In this document: piece by piece, positions 1 through 8,799 of the stretch
Position numbering within the stretch: the first letter of the stretch is position 1
Layout: every line of letters starts with the position of its first letter
IMG/VR virus record: IMGVR_UViG_3300028045_001344
Span: 64,001-128,000 of that record
DNA length: 64,000 nt
DNA from: a virus
Direction: 5' to 3' (one strand)
Notes under the pieces: generated by a model
Databases searched by the model: none
What the model was told of the DNA's origin: nothing
The model's input: the letters and a program-made list of their open reading frames with translations, nothing else
Program-made: the position numbers and the translations under genes

Positions 1-3000
1 TCCAGACAGATCTAGTACGTTAGTAGAGCCTGGTCCATCGCATTCCATATCCAAATAAGAAGAAAGGGTTGCGGCTGCGGGTGCGGCGGCTCCGTCGTTC
101 ATGTTTGTTAAGGTGCCGTTATAGCCGTTACCAGTTTGATCTGTTAGTGTTGAACTTCCGGGTCCATCTTCCATATTCCAATAAGCAAGAAGATTGGAAG
201 AACTGATGGCGTTTGGTGCCGTACCTGGAAGGGACGCTAAAGAAGCATTATCCAAAACAACATCCCAGACACCTACTGCATCCATTGAGCCTGACCAATA
301 ACTTCCCAAATCGCGACTATGAAGTCCCATTAGCCATTCGCGATTTGCTTTATCATCTGAAGAATCCCACGATGTACCGGTAAAGCCTCCATTATCATCA
401 ATTTGCACACCATTACGATACATTGCGACATCAGTTCGAGCCGTCATTGGGTTTTTCCAAGTCATTGCTAAATGAACCCAGGAATTCACATCCCCATTAA
501 AAGAAGAGTCAGCAGGAGAAGCTGAATAGGCATAGTAACTGCCATCACCAACATTCGCATAATATGTTAAATTTGCTCCTCTACGCCATTGTATAATCGT
601 TGGTCCAAGATTTGCATTTCCACCACCTGCTGGGCGACCTGCGCCGATTATACCTCTGGTTTCATCACCAGCGCCAATCCAAAACCAACCAGCAATTGTT
701 CCTGAAGATGGTTGCAAAGCATTACTTTGCGCCGAGCCGACTGTACCACATTGAATATAGTCATCTATTCCATCAAAGGCAAGCGCATAACTTCCTGAAA
801 CTCCCGCAACCCAGTTACCCGGATCTGACGACCCAGTCGCCGTAGTTATAGCATTTGCTTTTGCGCCCGCAGCAAGATTAGCAATACTGCCAGTATCTAA
901 AACACCATCCCAAAATGAAACTTCATCGATGTTTCCAGGCCAGGTGTACCCCGGCGCTGGCAATAGGCCCGTGGTTGACAAAACACCAATACGGGTGTCG
1001 CCCGTTCCAGGCAACGGGGTGGCTGTACTTTTTGCTCCATCAGTCCCTTTAACGCCGTCTACCCATAATTGAGAAACATCCGTATCTGTATTGTAAGTTG
1101 CAACCACATGTCTAAAAGTTGTGTTGGGGCCGCTGCCCCAGACTTTATAGGCTTGGTCGGTGGCATTATAATACGAACCCACTGAAAATCTCATTGTCTG
1201 AGATTGTCCATGATTATATTGTATATTATAGCCATCCGTCCAAGCTTGCGCTGCCGTGTTGCTGCTATGACGACCAATTATAGTTTCATAAGAGTCTAAA
1301 CCAGCAGGGTTATTTGCCCAAAAAGAAATAGAAAAGCTTTCGTTTCCATCTCCAAGAGGCAAATATGAAGATGATGCTATATTAATGGAAGTATCTACAC
1401 CATCACACAAGAATGAATACTTCCCAAGTTTTCCTTGACCCCATGCACCAAAATCCGCAACATCCATATTGACGTTCATGGTTCCATTGTGTGCGGTTGA
1501 TGGATGAAAAGATGCTGTCGTAACATCATAAACTGTTCTGGATGTCGGAAAGTTTCCTGAAACTGGGTTTGAGTCGCCAATTTCCCAGTCATAATATACT
1601 AAGAGTGAGCCGGTTGTGCCGAGATCAGAAAACCCAGTCAATGTACCATCATAACCGTTTGCAGTTTGATCTGCGAGAGTGGTTGAGGGAGGACCGTCTT
1701 CCATGTTCCAATAACTCACAAGATTTGAAGAACTAACAGAACTTGGTGGTGTTCCCATTAGTGATGCGATTGCGGCTGGGTCCAAAACAACATCCCATAC
1801 GGCTACATCGTCCAATTTTCCACCCCAGTCATAAAATCCAACAGCCCGACTACTAACACCCAAATTAAACTCACGGGATACCCTGTCGCCCACAGGATCA
1901 AAAGTGCTACCACCATCAAAAGATCCTACTCCGGGTGAAATAAAGTTTCCATTCACATACATTCTTAATTTGTCCGGATCATCAATTGAACTTTCCCAAG
2001 TCATGGCTAAATGATGCCAGGTGTCGAGCGCCCAGCCAACGCCAACGGAGGACCAAGCAACGTTATAAACAAGTTTTAGGTTGGTGCCGTCGCCAGCATT
2101 TGCATAGAACGTCTGCTGTCCACCTTGGTTCCAAGCTTGGAGAGTGAGGAGCTTATTATTAGCACCACCAGTATTCGCAAAACTTGCTCCCATGATTGTG
2201 TAATGACCAAGAACAGACATATTCACCCAACATGCGTATGTACCCGATGATGGTTGGAGCGCATTGGAAGCTGCGCTGTTCGCAGCACCTATCGACACAT
2301 AATCAGTAGTGCCGTTAAAATCAAGCGCATAACTTCCTGAAACTCCCGCAACCCAAGCACCATCACTTGCATTTGGCGGCGTAATGCTGTCGGCTCTTGC
2401 GCCAGCGCCAGAATTATAAAGTTCAGAAATTTCAGTGCTTGTAAGTTCAGTATTCCACACAGCCATTTCGTCCAAACTACCAGCAAAAGGCTCAACTTGA
2501 GTTCCACCACTCCAATACCCACCAAGAGTATAGCCTACCGGACTGTCATAGATATCAAAAGATCCACCAACACCGCCGCCAGATTCATCTAGTGAGCCAT
2601 TAATATAAATTTTTGCAGTTGGTGTGGAAGCGTCAATAACAACTGCCACGTGCGTCCAAGTTCCAGCCACTAATGCTGTTCCAGTTCCAGTTAAACTTAT
2701 GTAAGGTGATGTCCAGTCTCCTGCTGATGTAGCAAACACACGGATATACCCATTCGGACTTGGTGTCCCGCCAATTCCAATAGCCCAACCCCGTTCATTG
2801 GCAGAAGTATACCTATATTCGGATGCTATAATCGCATTGGCGTCGAAGTTATCAGCTTTTACCCAACCAGCAATTGTTATTTTATCTGTATATTGAGCGT
2901 TTAAGGTATCGGATAAGATGTATTCATTGGTTCCATTAAAACTCATCCCATAATTGCCGACTTTGCCTTGAACCCAATCGCCGCCATAGCAGTATGTGAA

Positions 3001-3078
3001 GTCGCAAGATGCGCCACCACCGCCAGAATTACTTGAACGGTTTGCGCCGAACATTGTGAATGGAAAAGGAAAAGGCAT
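1..3078 (-). CDS. Multi-LamG (concanavalin A-like) virion/fibre protein, truncated at the left window edge
   Basis: Absent from the ORF track because there is no stop in the window. My translation from ATG 3078 (GGAGG at 3086-3090) gives MPFPFPFTMF..., then LamG motifs (SFNGTNEY, TIAGWVK, WTHVAVV, IYINGSL, GSLDEMAVWN; LDFNGTTDYV, WHHLAMTW, MYVNG, KLDDVAVWD; LVSYWNME). About four LamG cores. Confidence 0.85.
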   Translation of the reverse strand, partial: MPFPFPFTMFGANRSSNSGGGGASCDFTYCYGGDWVQGKVGNYGMSFNGTNEYILSDTLNAQYTDKITIAGWVKADNFDANAIIASEYRYTSANERGWAIGIGGTPSPNGYIRVFATSAGDWTSPYISLTGTGTALVAGTWTHVAVVIDASTPTAKIYINGSLDESGGGVGGSFDIYDSPVGYTLGGYWSGGTQVEPFAGSLDEMAVWNTELTSTEISELYNSGAGARADSITPPNASDGAWVAGVSGSYALDFNGTTDYVSIGAANSAASNALQPSSGTYACWVNMSVLGHYTIMGASFANTGGANNKLLTLQAWNQGGQQTFYANAGDGTNLKLVYNVAWSSVGVGWALDTWHHLAMTWESSIDDPDKLRMYVNGNFISPGVGSFDGGSTFDPVGDRVSREFNLGVSSRAVGFYDWGGKLDDVAVWDVVLDPAAIASLMGTPPSSVSSSNLVSYWNMEDGPPSTTLADQTANGYDGTLTGFSDLGTTGSLLVYYDWEIGDSNPVSGNFPTSRTVYDVTTASFHPSTAHNGTMNVNMDVADFGAWGQGKLGKYSFLCDGVDTSINIASSSYLPLGDGNESFSISFWANNPAGLDSYETIIGRHSSNTAAQAWTDGYNIQYNHGQSQTMRFSVGSYYNATDQAYKVWGSGPNTTFRHVVATYNTDTDVSQLWVDGVKGTDGAKSTATPLPGTGDTRIGVLSTTGLLPAPGYTWPGNIDEVSFWDGVLDTGSIANLAAGAKANAITTATGSSDPGNWVAGVSGSYALAFDGIDDYIQCGTVGSAQSNALQPSSGTIAGWFWIGAGDETRGIIGAGRPAGGGNANLGPTIIQWRRGANLTYYANVGDGSYYAYSASPADSSFNGDVNSWVHLAMTWKNPMTARTDVAMYRNGVQIDDNGGFTGTSWDSSDDKANREWLMGLHSRDLGSYWSGSMDAVGVWDVVLDNASLASLPGTAPNAISSSNLLAYWNMEDGPGSSTLTDQTGNGYNGTLTNMNDGAAAPAAATLSSYLDMECDGPGSTNVLDLSG
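781..2355. repeat. Ends of a ~1.54-kb diverged tandem duplication inside the LamG gene
   Basis: aagcgcataacttcctgaaactcccgcaaccca is identical at 781-813 and 2323-2355; 125-280 also resembles 1655-1815. Confidence 0.8.
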
Positions 3079-3090
3079 TATGTTGCCTCC

Positions 3091-4158
3091 TTAACTAAAT
3101 GCTTTCGTAGTATCGGCATAAATATATGTTCCATCACTTATACCGCTGACAATATCAACTGCGCCCGCTGCGGTTGAAAGCGTTGGAGCCGTTCCTCCTG
3201 GCCATTTAAATCCTGAAAAACTAACTGTTCGCGTACCAGTTCCATCTTGTCTAAAGAAGAACAAATAAGACGTTCCAGCCACAGGACTGCTTGCAGTTAC
3301 TTCTGAATTAGCAGTTAAATGATAATTAAATACATTATATAAACTACACGTTGCATTTACGGGAGTTGAAATTGATGCTGAGAAATATTGCTGCTGGATT
3401 ATCCCGCCAGAAACATGTAGTGTGCCTGAGACTTGGTGATAATCGGTAGAATTGTCTCCTAATGTTGTGTTTCCTTGAATTGTAAAATTATTAGAATAAG
3501 TCGCAATACCAGCATTAGTCATTGTCAATTGGGTTCCATTATTGGTTCCAATTTGTAGGGTGCCGTTTTGACCGCTTTCGGTTTGGATAAATGCGTTTGC
3601 GCCATTCAGACCAATTGTGAGTCCTCCGTTATCTGATTGATCCGTGCTATTGAGAATACGGAAAAACGAATACACATCATCTGAAATCAATCTCATCGCC
3701 CCAGGTGTTAGAAAACTAGAGCCATCAACTCGAATATCTAATGCGCCTGTGACTTGATGAATATCACCAAATTTATTTCTACCCAAAATTGTTGAGCCAG
3801 AAACATCCAATGTTCCTGAAACTTGGTGATAATCAGTCGAAGTATTTCCAAGAGTTGTGTTACCAGTAGAAGCAAGATCAACAATACCTGTTATATTATT
3901 TGAGTCATCAATTGTGACTCCCGAGTTTTGTATTATTTTGCCAGTAGTTAGATCATATCTTGCAATCGCATTATCAGTTGCAGCACCAGGACCAGTGACA
4001 TCACCAGATCCGCCGCCGCCGCCAGTAATGTTCACACCATTGACAGCCAAACTACCAGTAATAGTAACACTTCCTGTAAATTGATGAGAGTCCGCCAAGC
4101 CCGAACCCATCTCGGTGTCGCCGGGTAAAAAGTTTGGTGATGGGGTCCATTTAGCCAT
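3091..4158 (-). CDS. Tail-fibre-like virion protein
   Basis: G/S/T-rich; GDVTGPGAATDNAIARYD fibre motif; three G[NS]T[TI]LG...HQV[ST]G[TA]L repeats; C-terminal QDGTGTRTV..FKWPGGTAPTLST module typical of phage fibre proteins; GGAG RBS. Confidence 0.65.
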   Translation of the reverse strand: MAKWTPSPNFLPGDTEMGSGLADSHQFTGSVTITGSLAVNGVNITGGGGGSGDVTGPGAATDNAIARYDLTTGKIIQNSGVTIDDSNNITGIVDLASTGNTTLGNTSTDYHQVSGTLDVSGSTILGRNKFGDIHQVTGALDIRVDGSSFLTPGAMRLISDDVYSFFRILNSTDQSDNGGLTIGLNGANAFIQTESGQNGTLQIGTNNGTQLTMTNAGIATYSNNFTIQGNTTLGDNSTDYHQVSGTLHVSGGIIQQQYFSASISTPVNATCSLYNVFNYHLTANSEVTASSPVAGTSYLFFFRQDGTGTRTVSFSGFKWPGGTAPTLSTAAGAVDIVSGISDGTYIYADTTKAFS

Positions 4159-4170
4159 TGGGAGTTCTCC

Positions 4171-4578
4171 TTAATCGGTCAAGCCAGAGCCGGTTAGCGT
4201 CATCATGTTTTGGGCTCCAATATCTGTTAAATCCGCCAACACAATATACCCGGACGATGCACCACTGTCATTAGATATAAAAATTTCCTTGCACTTTGTA
4301 TCAAATGTAATAGCATCGCGGTTAGTAGTTAGGGGGAAAAAATGATTTCCCGCAATAACATTTCCCGAACCAGTAGAATTAAAATGAACCCGAATATCGT
4401 CGGTGCCCGGTGAGGTATCGGATAACATTACTGTAACCGATCTTGCCACGGTCGGAAAAGTGATTTGATGTTCGGCTCCGTTAGCTAAACCTTCTGCCCC
4501 GGAGCCCGTTATCCAGGGATTGCCGGATACTTGATATGATCCAACTGCTCCTATTCCAGATTTATATTGATAAGCCAT
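4171..4578 (-). CDS. Putative virion structural protein, function unknown
   Basis: 135 aa, beta-rich with TGSG motifs; GAGG RBS and ACTATTTA motif upstream. Confidence 0.55.
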   Translation of the reverse strand: MAYQYKSGIGAVGSYQVSGNPWITGSGAEGLANGAEHQITFPTVARSVTVMLSDTSPGTDDIRVHFNSTGSGNVIAGNHFFPLTTNRDAITFDTKCKEIFISNDSGASSGYIVLADLTDIGAQNMMTLTGSGLTD

Positions 4579-4599
4579 GTTTTTATATTCCTCTTTTCT

Positions 4600-4607
4600 T
4601 AAATAGT
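4600..4607 (-). promoter_or_regulatory. Candidate late promoter ACTATTTA
   Basis: Recurrent ACTA[TA]TTA motif, about 22 nt upstream of ATG 4578. Confidence 0.55.
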
Positions 4608-4608
4608 C

Positions 4609-4815
4609 TTAATAATCATTTGATTCTTGTTCTTTTCGTTTTTGCCGCTCAATTTCAATTAGGCGACGTTGATGCTTTTCACGCCTTTTCTCGGATGGCT
4701 TTTTATAATAACGCCTTTCGAGATATTCTTCAATTATGTTGTCTTTTTTCATCTTGCGAGTAAACCTCTTAATTAAGTTTTCAGAGGTTTCATTTCTTCT
4801 AATTTTTATTTCCAT
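4609..4815 (-). CDS. rpsU: Phage-encoded ribosomal protein bS21
   Basis: 68 aa, basic; E.LIKRF.RK.....I..E...RRYYKKPSEKRR matches the bS21 signature. Confidence 0.85.
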   Translation of the reverse strand: MEIKIRRNETSENLIKRFTRKMKKDNIIEEYLERRYYKKPSEKRREKHQRRLIEIERQKRKEQESNDY

Positions 4816-4825
4816 TTGTTTCTTC

Positions 4826-5239
4826 TTATTCCGCTAAATGGGACCAGCCCCCAGTCATTTTTACTAGACCGTCAATATTTACACCAGCATCACTCGGGTC
4901 TTTATCCCGCAACGCACCATATTTATTGGATTGACCACCACCGCTTGACGGCATCGGTTTGGTTCCTTCAAAGATTCCATGTAGCCCAGTTGCTTTTTGT
5001 AGCGAGTCTTTCACTTCCTTGAGTTGATTCTTTGCTTCAATGAGGCTTTGGCTTTGTTGTTGTTTTTTCGGGGTTATGGGTTGGGCGATGTGTTGCATCT
5101 GTGGGGCTGCATTAACATTTCCTAATCCCTGAACTACTTCAGTTATAAGGCCCGCAAGAACACCTTCTTCAAAAATAGACTCACGGATACATTCTTTAAT
5201 GAGGGGCTTTAAGATTTCCTTCAACTCTGATTTTTTCAT
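4826..5239 (-). CDS. Hypothetical head-region protein
   Basis: 137-aa ORF; N-terminus MKKSELKEILKPLIKECIRE resembles the LK.I+KE leader family. Confidence 0.6.
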   Translation of the reverse strand: MKKSELKEILKPLIKECIRESIFEEGVLAGLITEVVQGLGNVNAAPQMQHIAQPITPKKQQQSQSLIEAKNQLKEVKDSLQKATGLHGIFEGTKPMPSSGGGQSNKYGALRDKDPSDAGVNIDGLVKMTGGWSHLAE

Positions 5240-5514
5240 ATTTCATCCCGAAGTTTTTTTTCATTTTTTAATTCTCTGAGTTCATTAGTTTTTCCGATCA
5301 GGTAATCTTTCCCTTGTATTTTTAACATAGCATCGCTTAAGGAATCAATTTCAGATTTAAGTTGTTCAATTTCATCTTCAACATTCCGATTGCCCCACTT
5401 TAATAATCGTCTGGATGCTTCATCTGTGGCAAATTGGGCATCCAAGATAACAAGCTCTTCGGCATCAATTTCATCGATTAAATTTTGTAATCGTTTTATA
5501 CGCTTTTCAGCCAT
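5236..5514 (-). CDS. Hypothetical coiled-coil protein
   Basis: 92 aa, GGAG RBS, ATGA overlap with the next gene. Confidence 0.6.
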   Translation of the reverse strand: MAEKRIKRLQNLIDEIDAEELVILDAQFATDEASRRLLKWGNRNVEDEIEQLKSEIDSLSDAMLKIQGKDYLIGKTNELRELKNEKKLRDEI

Positions 5515-5552
5515 TATTTTTCTCCAATAATATCATTTAATATTTATTTTTT

Positions 5553-6545
5553 TCACATCATCTTCTTTCGATTATCAATCTCTTCTTTGATGATTTCTTG
5601 TAGTCTTTCTTTAGAAATTGACATAAGGTTGCGTGATTCTGCGACGGGAGGTTGACCAACGGGATCTTCTTCAGGTTTTCCCCAGGGAGGACTAACATCA
5701 ACATGTCCCTTCTCAAGAGCATTTACTGCGGCTGGAATATCAGGTTCATCGATTACTGGCATATCAGGTCTTGCTGGTGCCCAACTTGGAGTTGACATAT
5801 TAATGCCGCCAAGATTATTAACCATTTTTGTAACCGCAGACTCAACTGCATCTTCACCTTGTTTGCCTGTCCAATCTTGTAAGAGCTTCATTACTTGTTC
5901 CGGGGTTCGTCCTTGCCATCCCTTGAAGGTGTCTGGTACTGTGTCTTGACTGATTCCTCCCTTTGCCATTGATGTTAACATATCTCTAATAGGTTTTTCC
6001 TTAAATTGTTCAAAACCGCCCGAAGCTGGTTTCCCTTTCATCACTTGAAACTGACCCTTTGTCATCGCATTTAAAACCGCAACAAGTTGTTCACCTGGAA
6101 AGTCAACATCATAACCACCAACCGATTGAGATGGATCAACCATCGCTGTAGCAATCCATCTATGATGTCCATCCATGATATATTTATCACTACTAATGAA
6201 AGCGCCAAGATCGCCGCCCGGTTCCATTTTACTTGTAGGATCGATCATATGTAAAACAAATGTCATGGCTTTACCAATATTCATGCTAGATTGAGAAGGA
6301 CTTAAATCTTGAACTGCTGCCACTCCGCTTGGTTTGTAATCCACATTAATTTCGTCATCGGCAGGATCTTGATCAAACTTTGAATGACCATGAGTTACGG
6401 CAACTTCAGCCGCAGCGGGATCTACATCAGATAATTTCATCGGGAAGCGTGCTGGATCAAACTCGTCGGGGTTTGCTTTTTCTCCTAATAGATCTTCCGT
6501 TTCTTCTTTGATCATTCGTTCTAAATCTTCTCGTGATAGTTTCAT
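5553..6545 (-). CDS. ParB/sulfiredoxin N-terminal-domain protein with leader motif
   Basis: LSPSQ and ISSDKYIMDGHHRW match ParB-N motifs; leader MKLSREDLERMIKEE, with a second copy MSISKERLQEIIKEE at the C-terminus. Confidence 0.7.
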   Translation of the reverse strand: MKLSREDLERMIKEETEDLLGEKANPDEFDPARFPMKLSDVDPAAAEVAVTHGHSKFDQDPADDEINVDYKPSGVAAVQDLSPSQSSMNIGKAMTFVLHMIDPTSKMEPGGDLGAFISSDKYIMDGHHRWIATAMVDPSQSVGGYDVDFPGEQLVAVLNAMTKGQFQVMKGKPASGGFEQFKEKPIRDMLTSMAKGGISQDTVPDTFKGWQGRTPEQVMKLLQDWTGKQGEDAVESAVTKMVNNLGGINMSTPSWAPARPDMPVIDEPDIPAAVNALEKGHVDVSPPWGKPEEDPVGQPPVAESRNLMSISKERLQEIIKEEIDNRKKMM

Positions 6546-6549
6546 CTCT

Positions 6550-7149
6550 TTAGTCTCCTATAATATCGTTCAGTATTCTATTGATTCGATCAGCCTTTGA
6601 ATATGGTTGTTTTATTCTTGATTCGGTAAGGCTCATAAATGCACCTTGCGTTGAGGGTTCAGAAACTATATCAAAACATATCAACTGAAGATCTTCTTCT
6701 ACAATCGTTTTCCCTTGGCTTTCGTGAACAGACCCCAAAGCCCGAGACGAAATCCCTAAAGTAACCCCGTCGTTTACTAGAGATTCTAAAATTTTTCCTG
6801 CTGGTGTAGATAATACTTTAATTTTTCCCTTCAAGTCTTTACCTTCCCACCACAAATCAGTAACCATGTGAGAAGCATTTTTAAGATTGACAACTGAATC
6901 TTCTGGATGGTCTAATTCTCCACAAGCCCGGTTCTCCTTGACTGTCTTCATATAGTTTTTGACTTCTCTTTCCAGAACTAGTTTAGGATAGACACGACCA
7001 TTACCGTTTTGCTCATCTACTCTCTGCATAATTCCTGATAAGAAAGTTGCGCCATTCTTAACTTGTATCTTTTCCGCCTCTGTTAATAAATCTTCACAGA
7101 CTCCGCCCGCGCACAATTCATAATATTCTCTAAGAAGGTACTTGCTCAT
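6550..7149 (-). CDS. Prohead core protease (T4 gp21-like)
   Basis: NGNGRVYP, GELDHP (catalytic His), GISSRALGS (catalytic Ser), DIVSEPS. Confidence 0.93.
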   Translation of the reverse strand: MSKYLLREYYELCAGGVCEDLLTEAEKIQVKNGATFLSGIMQRVDEQNGNGRVYPKLVLEREVKNYMKTVKENRACGELDHPEDSVVNLKNASHMVTDLWWEGKDLKGKIKVLSTPAGKILESLVNDGVTLGISSRALGSVHESQGKTIVEEDLQLICFDIVSEPSTQGAFMSLTESRIKQPYSKADRINRILNDIIGD

Positions 7150-7153
7150 TTTA

Positions 7154-8362
7154 TTATCTCCCGTCTAATCCATTCACCGACAAGACCGCAACAAGCCCTG
7201 GTAAGTTCTCTTTGATATATACCCCAGAAAACAAGGTTTCGCACCTTCCACCGACATAAGACACGGCTGCGTCTAAGTGTTTGCTAATCTCTGGATCTGT
7301 TGCCATTTCCGGTGTAATAATTAGTAGCATCGTTCCTGTAACGGACTTGCCTTTAGGCATGGGACATGGAGAACGCTTAATACAATTTTGATAAATAGCT
7401 GCGCCAAGTTTAGGATCTGCTGGATTTGCTATCATAGTCGAGCCCAAAAACATTCTTCCCTCGGTAGCCAAGCAACGCCCAAGATCTTTTGAATCAAAGG
7501 TTTGAACATAAGACTTTTCCGAAGCTAGTTTTAAAACTTGATGAAACAACTTAGCAAATGTAGAATTCGCTACGGGATACATATTTAGGATACCAACCTT
7601 TCCGCGAAGCAATTGTGTCTGTCTCTCGTTATCAATAAGAATATGAGGATGTGGTGCTACATCATTAGCTAGGGAGAGCGCATTTTTAGAGATAGTGTGG
7701 TTAAGAGATTCTTGCGCCGTGGGCCAAGATATAATATAAACCACTTTACCTTCACCCTGCACCGAACTAAGATACCGCTCGAACACTTCATGAAGTTCTA
7801 CGCAGGAACTTCCGGTTCCTCCGCCTCCGCCAGCTAAAACAAAAATCCAATCCACTTTTCCAAGTTTGGTACGAATAGCGTCTTCAACAACCGCACTGTT
7901 TTCACTAAACACTTTCTTTCCATAAGCGACATTTTTGGCTACGCCATCAGCGTCAGGAATAAGAATTAAGTGGTCCGCGTCTACACCTTCCGGCTGATCC
8001 TTTTCAGTAGTATTGAGAAGTAGTGTTTTATTAAATCCTAAATCTAAAAAAGCTTTGGCTAGTTTTCCACCAGCACCACCAACACCAATAAAGGCACAGT
8101 TTAAAGCAGACACCGCTTCATTCTCGGGAAGTTGCTCATCATGCTGAATTGTGATTTCCTCACCATAGTGCTCAATAAACCCAAAGTCTTCGGCATCAAA
8201 AGTTTCAAAAGAGGTGCTAGTCACTGGCTCATCATTTGGTAAACTAAAAGCATCTGCTTCTGTGATTAATTCCTCTTTTACTTCTTCTTCCGGTTTTGTT
8301 TCTTCAATTTCACCAGCAGTAATTTCTTCGTCTACATCTGGTTCTTGCTCGTCGTCGATCAT
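7154..8362 (-). CDS. Tubulin/FtsZ-family GTPase (PhuZ/TubZ-like) with acidic N-terminal extension
   Basis: FIGVGGAGGK, LLLNT, GGGGGTGSS (tubulin signature), LIDN, FDSKD (T7-loop DxxD); first ~85 aa very acidic. Confidence 0.9.
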   Translation of the reverse strand: MIDDEQEPDVDEEITAGEIEETKPEEEVKEELITEADAFSLPNDEPVTSTSFETFDAEDFGFIEHYGEEITIQHDEQLPENEAVSALNCAFIGVGGAGGKLAKAFLDLGFNKTLLLNTTEKDQPEGVDADHLILIPDADGVAKNVAYGKKVFSENSAVVEDAIRTKLGKVDWIFVLAGGGGGTGSSCVELHEVFERYLSSVQGEGKVVYIISWPTAQESLNHTISKNALSLANDVAPHPHILIDNERQTQLLRGKVGILNMYPVANSTFAKLFHQVLKLASEKSYVQTFDSKDLGRCLATEGRMFLGSTMIANPADPKLGAAIYQNCIKRSPCPMPKGKSVTGTMLLIITPEMATDPEISKHLDAAVSYVGGRCETLFSGVYIKENLPGLVAVLSVNGLDGR

Positions 8363-8365
8363 TTC

Positions 8366-8479
8366 TTATCTCCATTCATTATAAAAAGCGGGCGCAACCC
8401 GCGTGACTATGCATCCTGATTTGCATCGACGCACTGGTCGAAGCATACGAGATTTGCTTGTCCATAGATTTTCTAACAT
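8366..8479 (-). CDS. Small 37-aa ORF MLENLWTSKSRMLRPVRRCKSGCIVTRVAPAFYNEWR
   Basis: My translation. The ATG overlaps the upstream stop (TAATG) and the stop lies 3 nt before the tubulin ATG, filling the gap exactly. Confidence 0.55.
   Translation of the reverse strand: MLENLWTSKSRMLRPVRRCKSGCIVTRVAPAFYNEWR
8383..8402 (-). terminator. Intrinsic terminator-like hairpin upstream of tubulin
   Basis: Minus strand GCGGG-TTGCG-CCCGC-TTTTT: 5-bp all-GC stem plus U5. Confidence 0.5.
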
Positions 8480-8799
8480 TATTTTTCACCCCACATTTTA
8501 AAGTTTATTCCTTGATCTCCAAAGATCATGTTTCCAATATATGAAGTTCCAGAACTCACGCACCCCAAAATAAGTGCCGTGGTTATGGAATATTCATAAG
8601 TAAATAGTTCTGTTTGTCCGTTTATCGCCCACAAAAACCATCCGACATGAAACCCTATACACATGGGACAATGAAACAAATGATATGATGGTCTGATTTT
8701 GTCAAATATTTTAGCATACACTAAGAGTTGCGTTAAGCCATAAGCGGCTAAAACAAAATATACTAGGCTCATGAATAATAGCCGGAATAATATGTCCAA
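8479..8799 (-). CDS. Small membrane protein, DUF1360-like
   Basis: Hydrophobic helices; LFHCPMCIGFHVG CxxC motif. Confidence 0.6.
   Translation of the reverse strand: MDILFRLLFMSLVYFVLAAYGLTQLLVYAKIFDKIRPSYHLFHCPMCIGFHVGWFLWAINGQTELFTYEYSITTALILGCVSSGTSYIGNMIFGDQGINFKMWGEK
8601..8608 (-). promoter_or_regulatory. Candidate late promoter ACTATTTA (intragenic)
   Basis: Exact motif, about 120 nt upstream of the 37-aa ORF and tubulin; could be chance. Confidence 0.3.
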
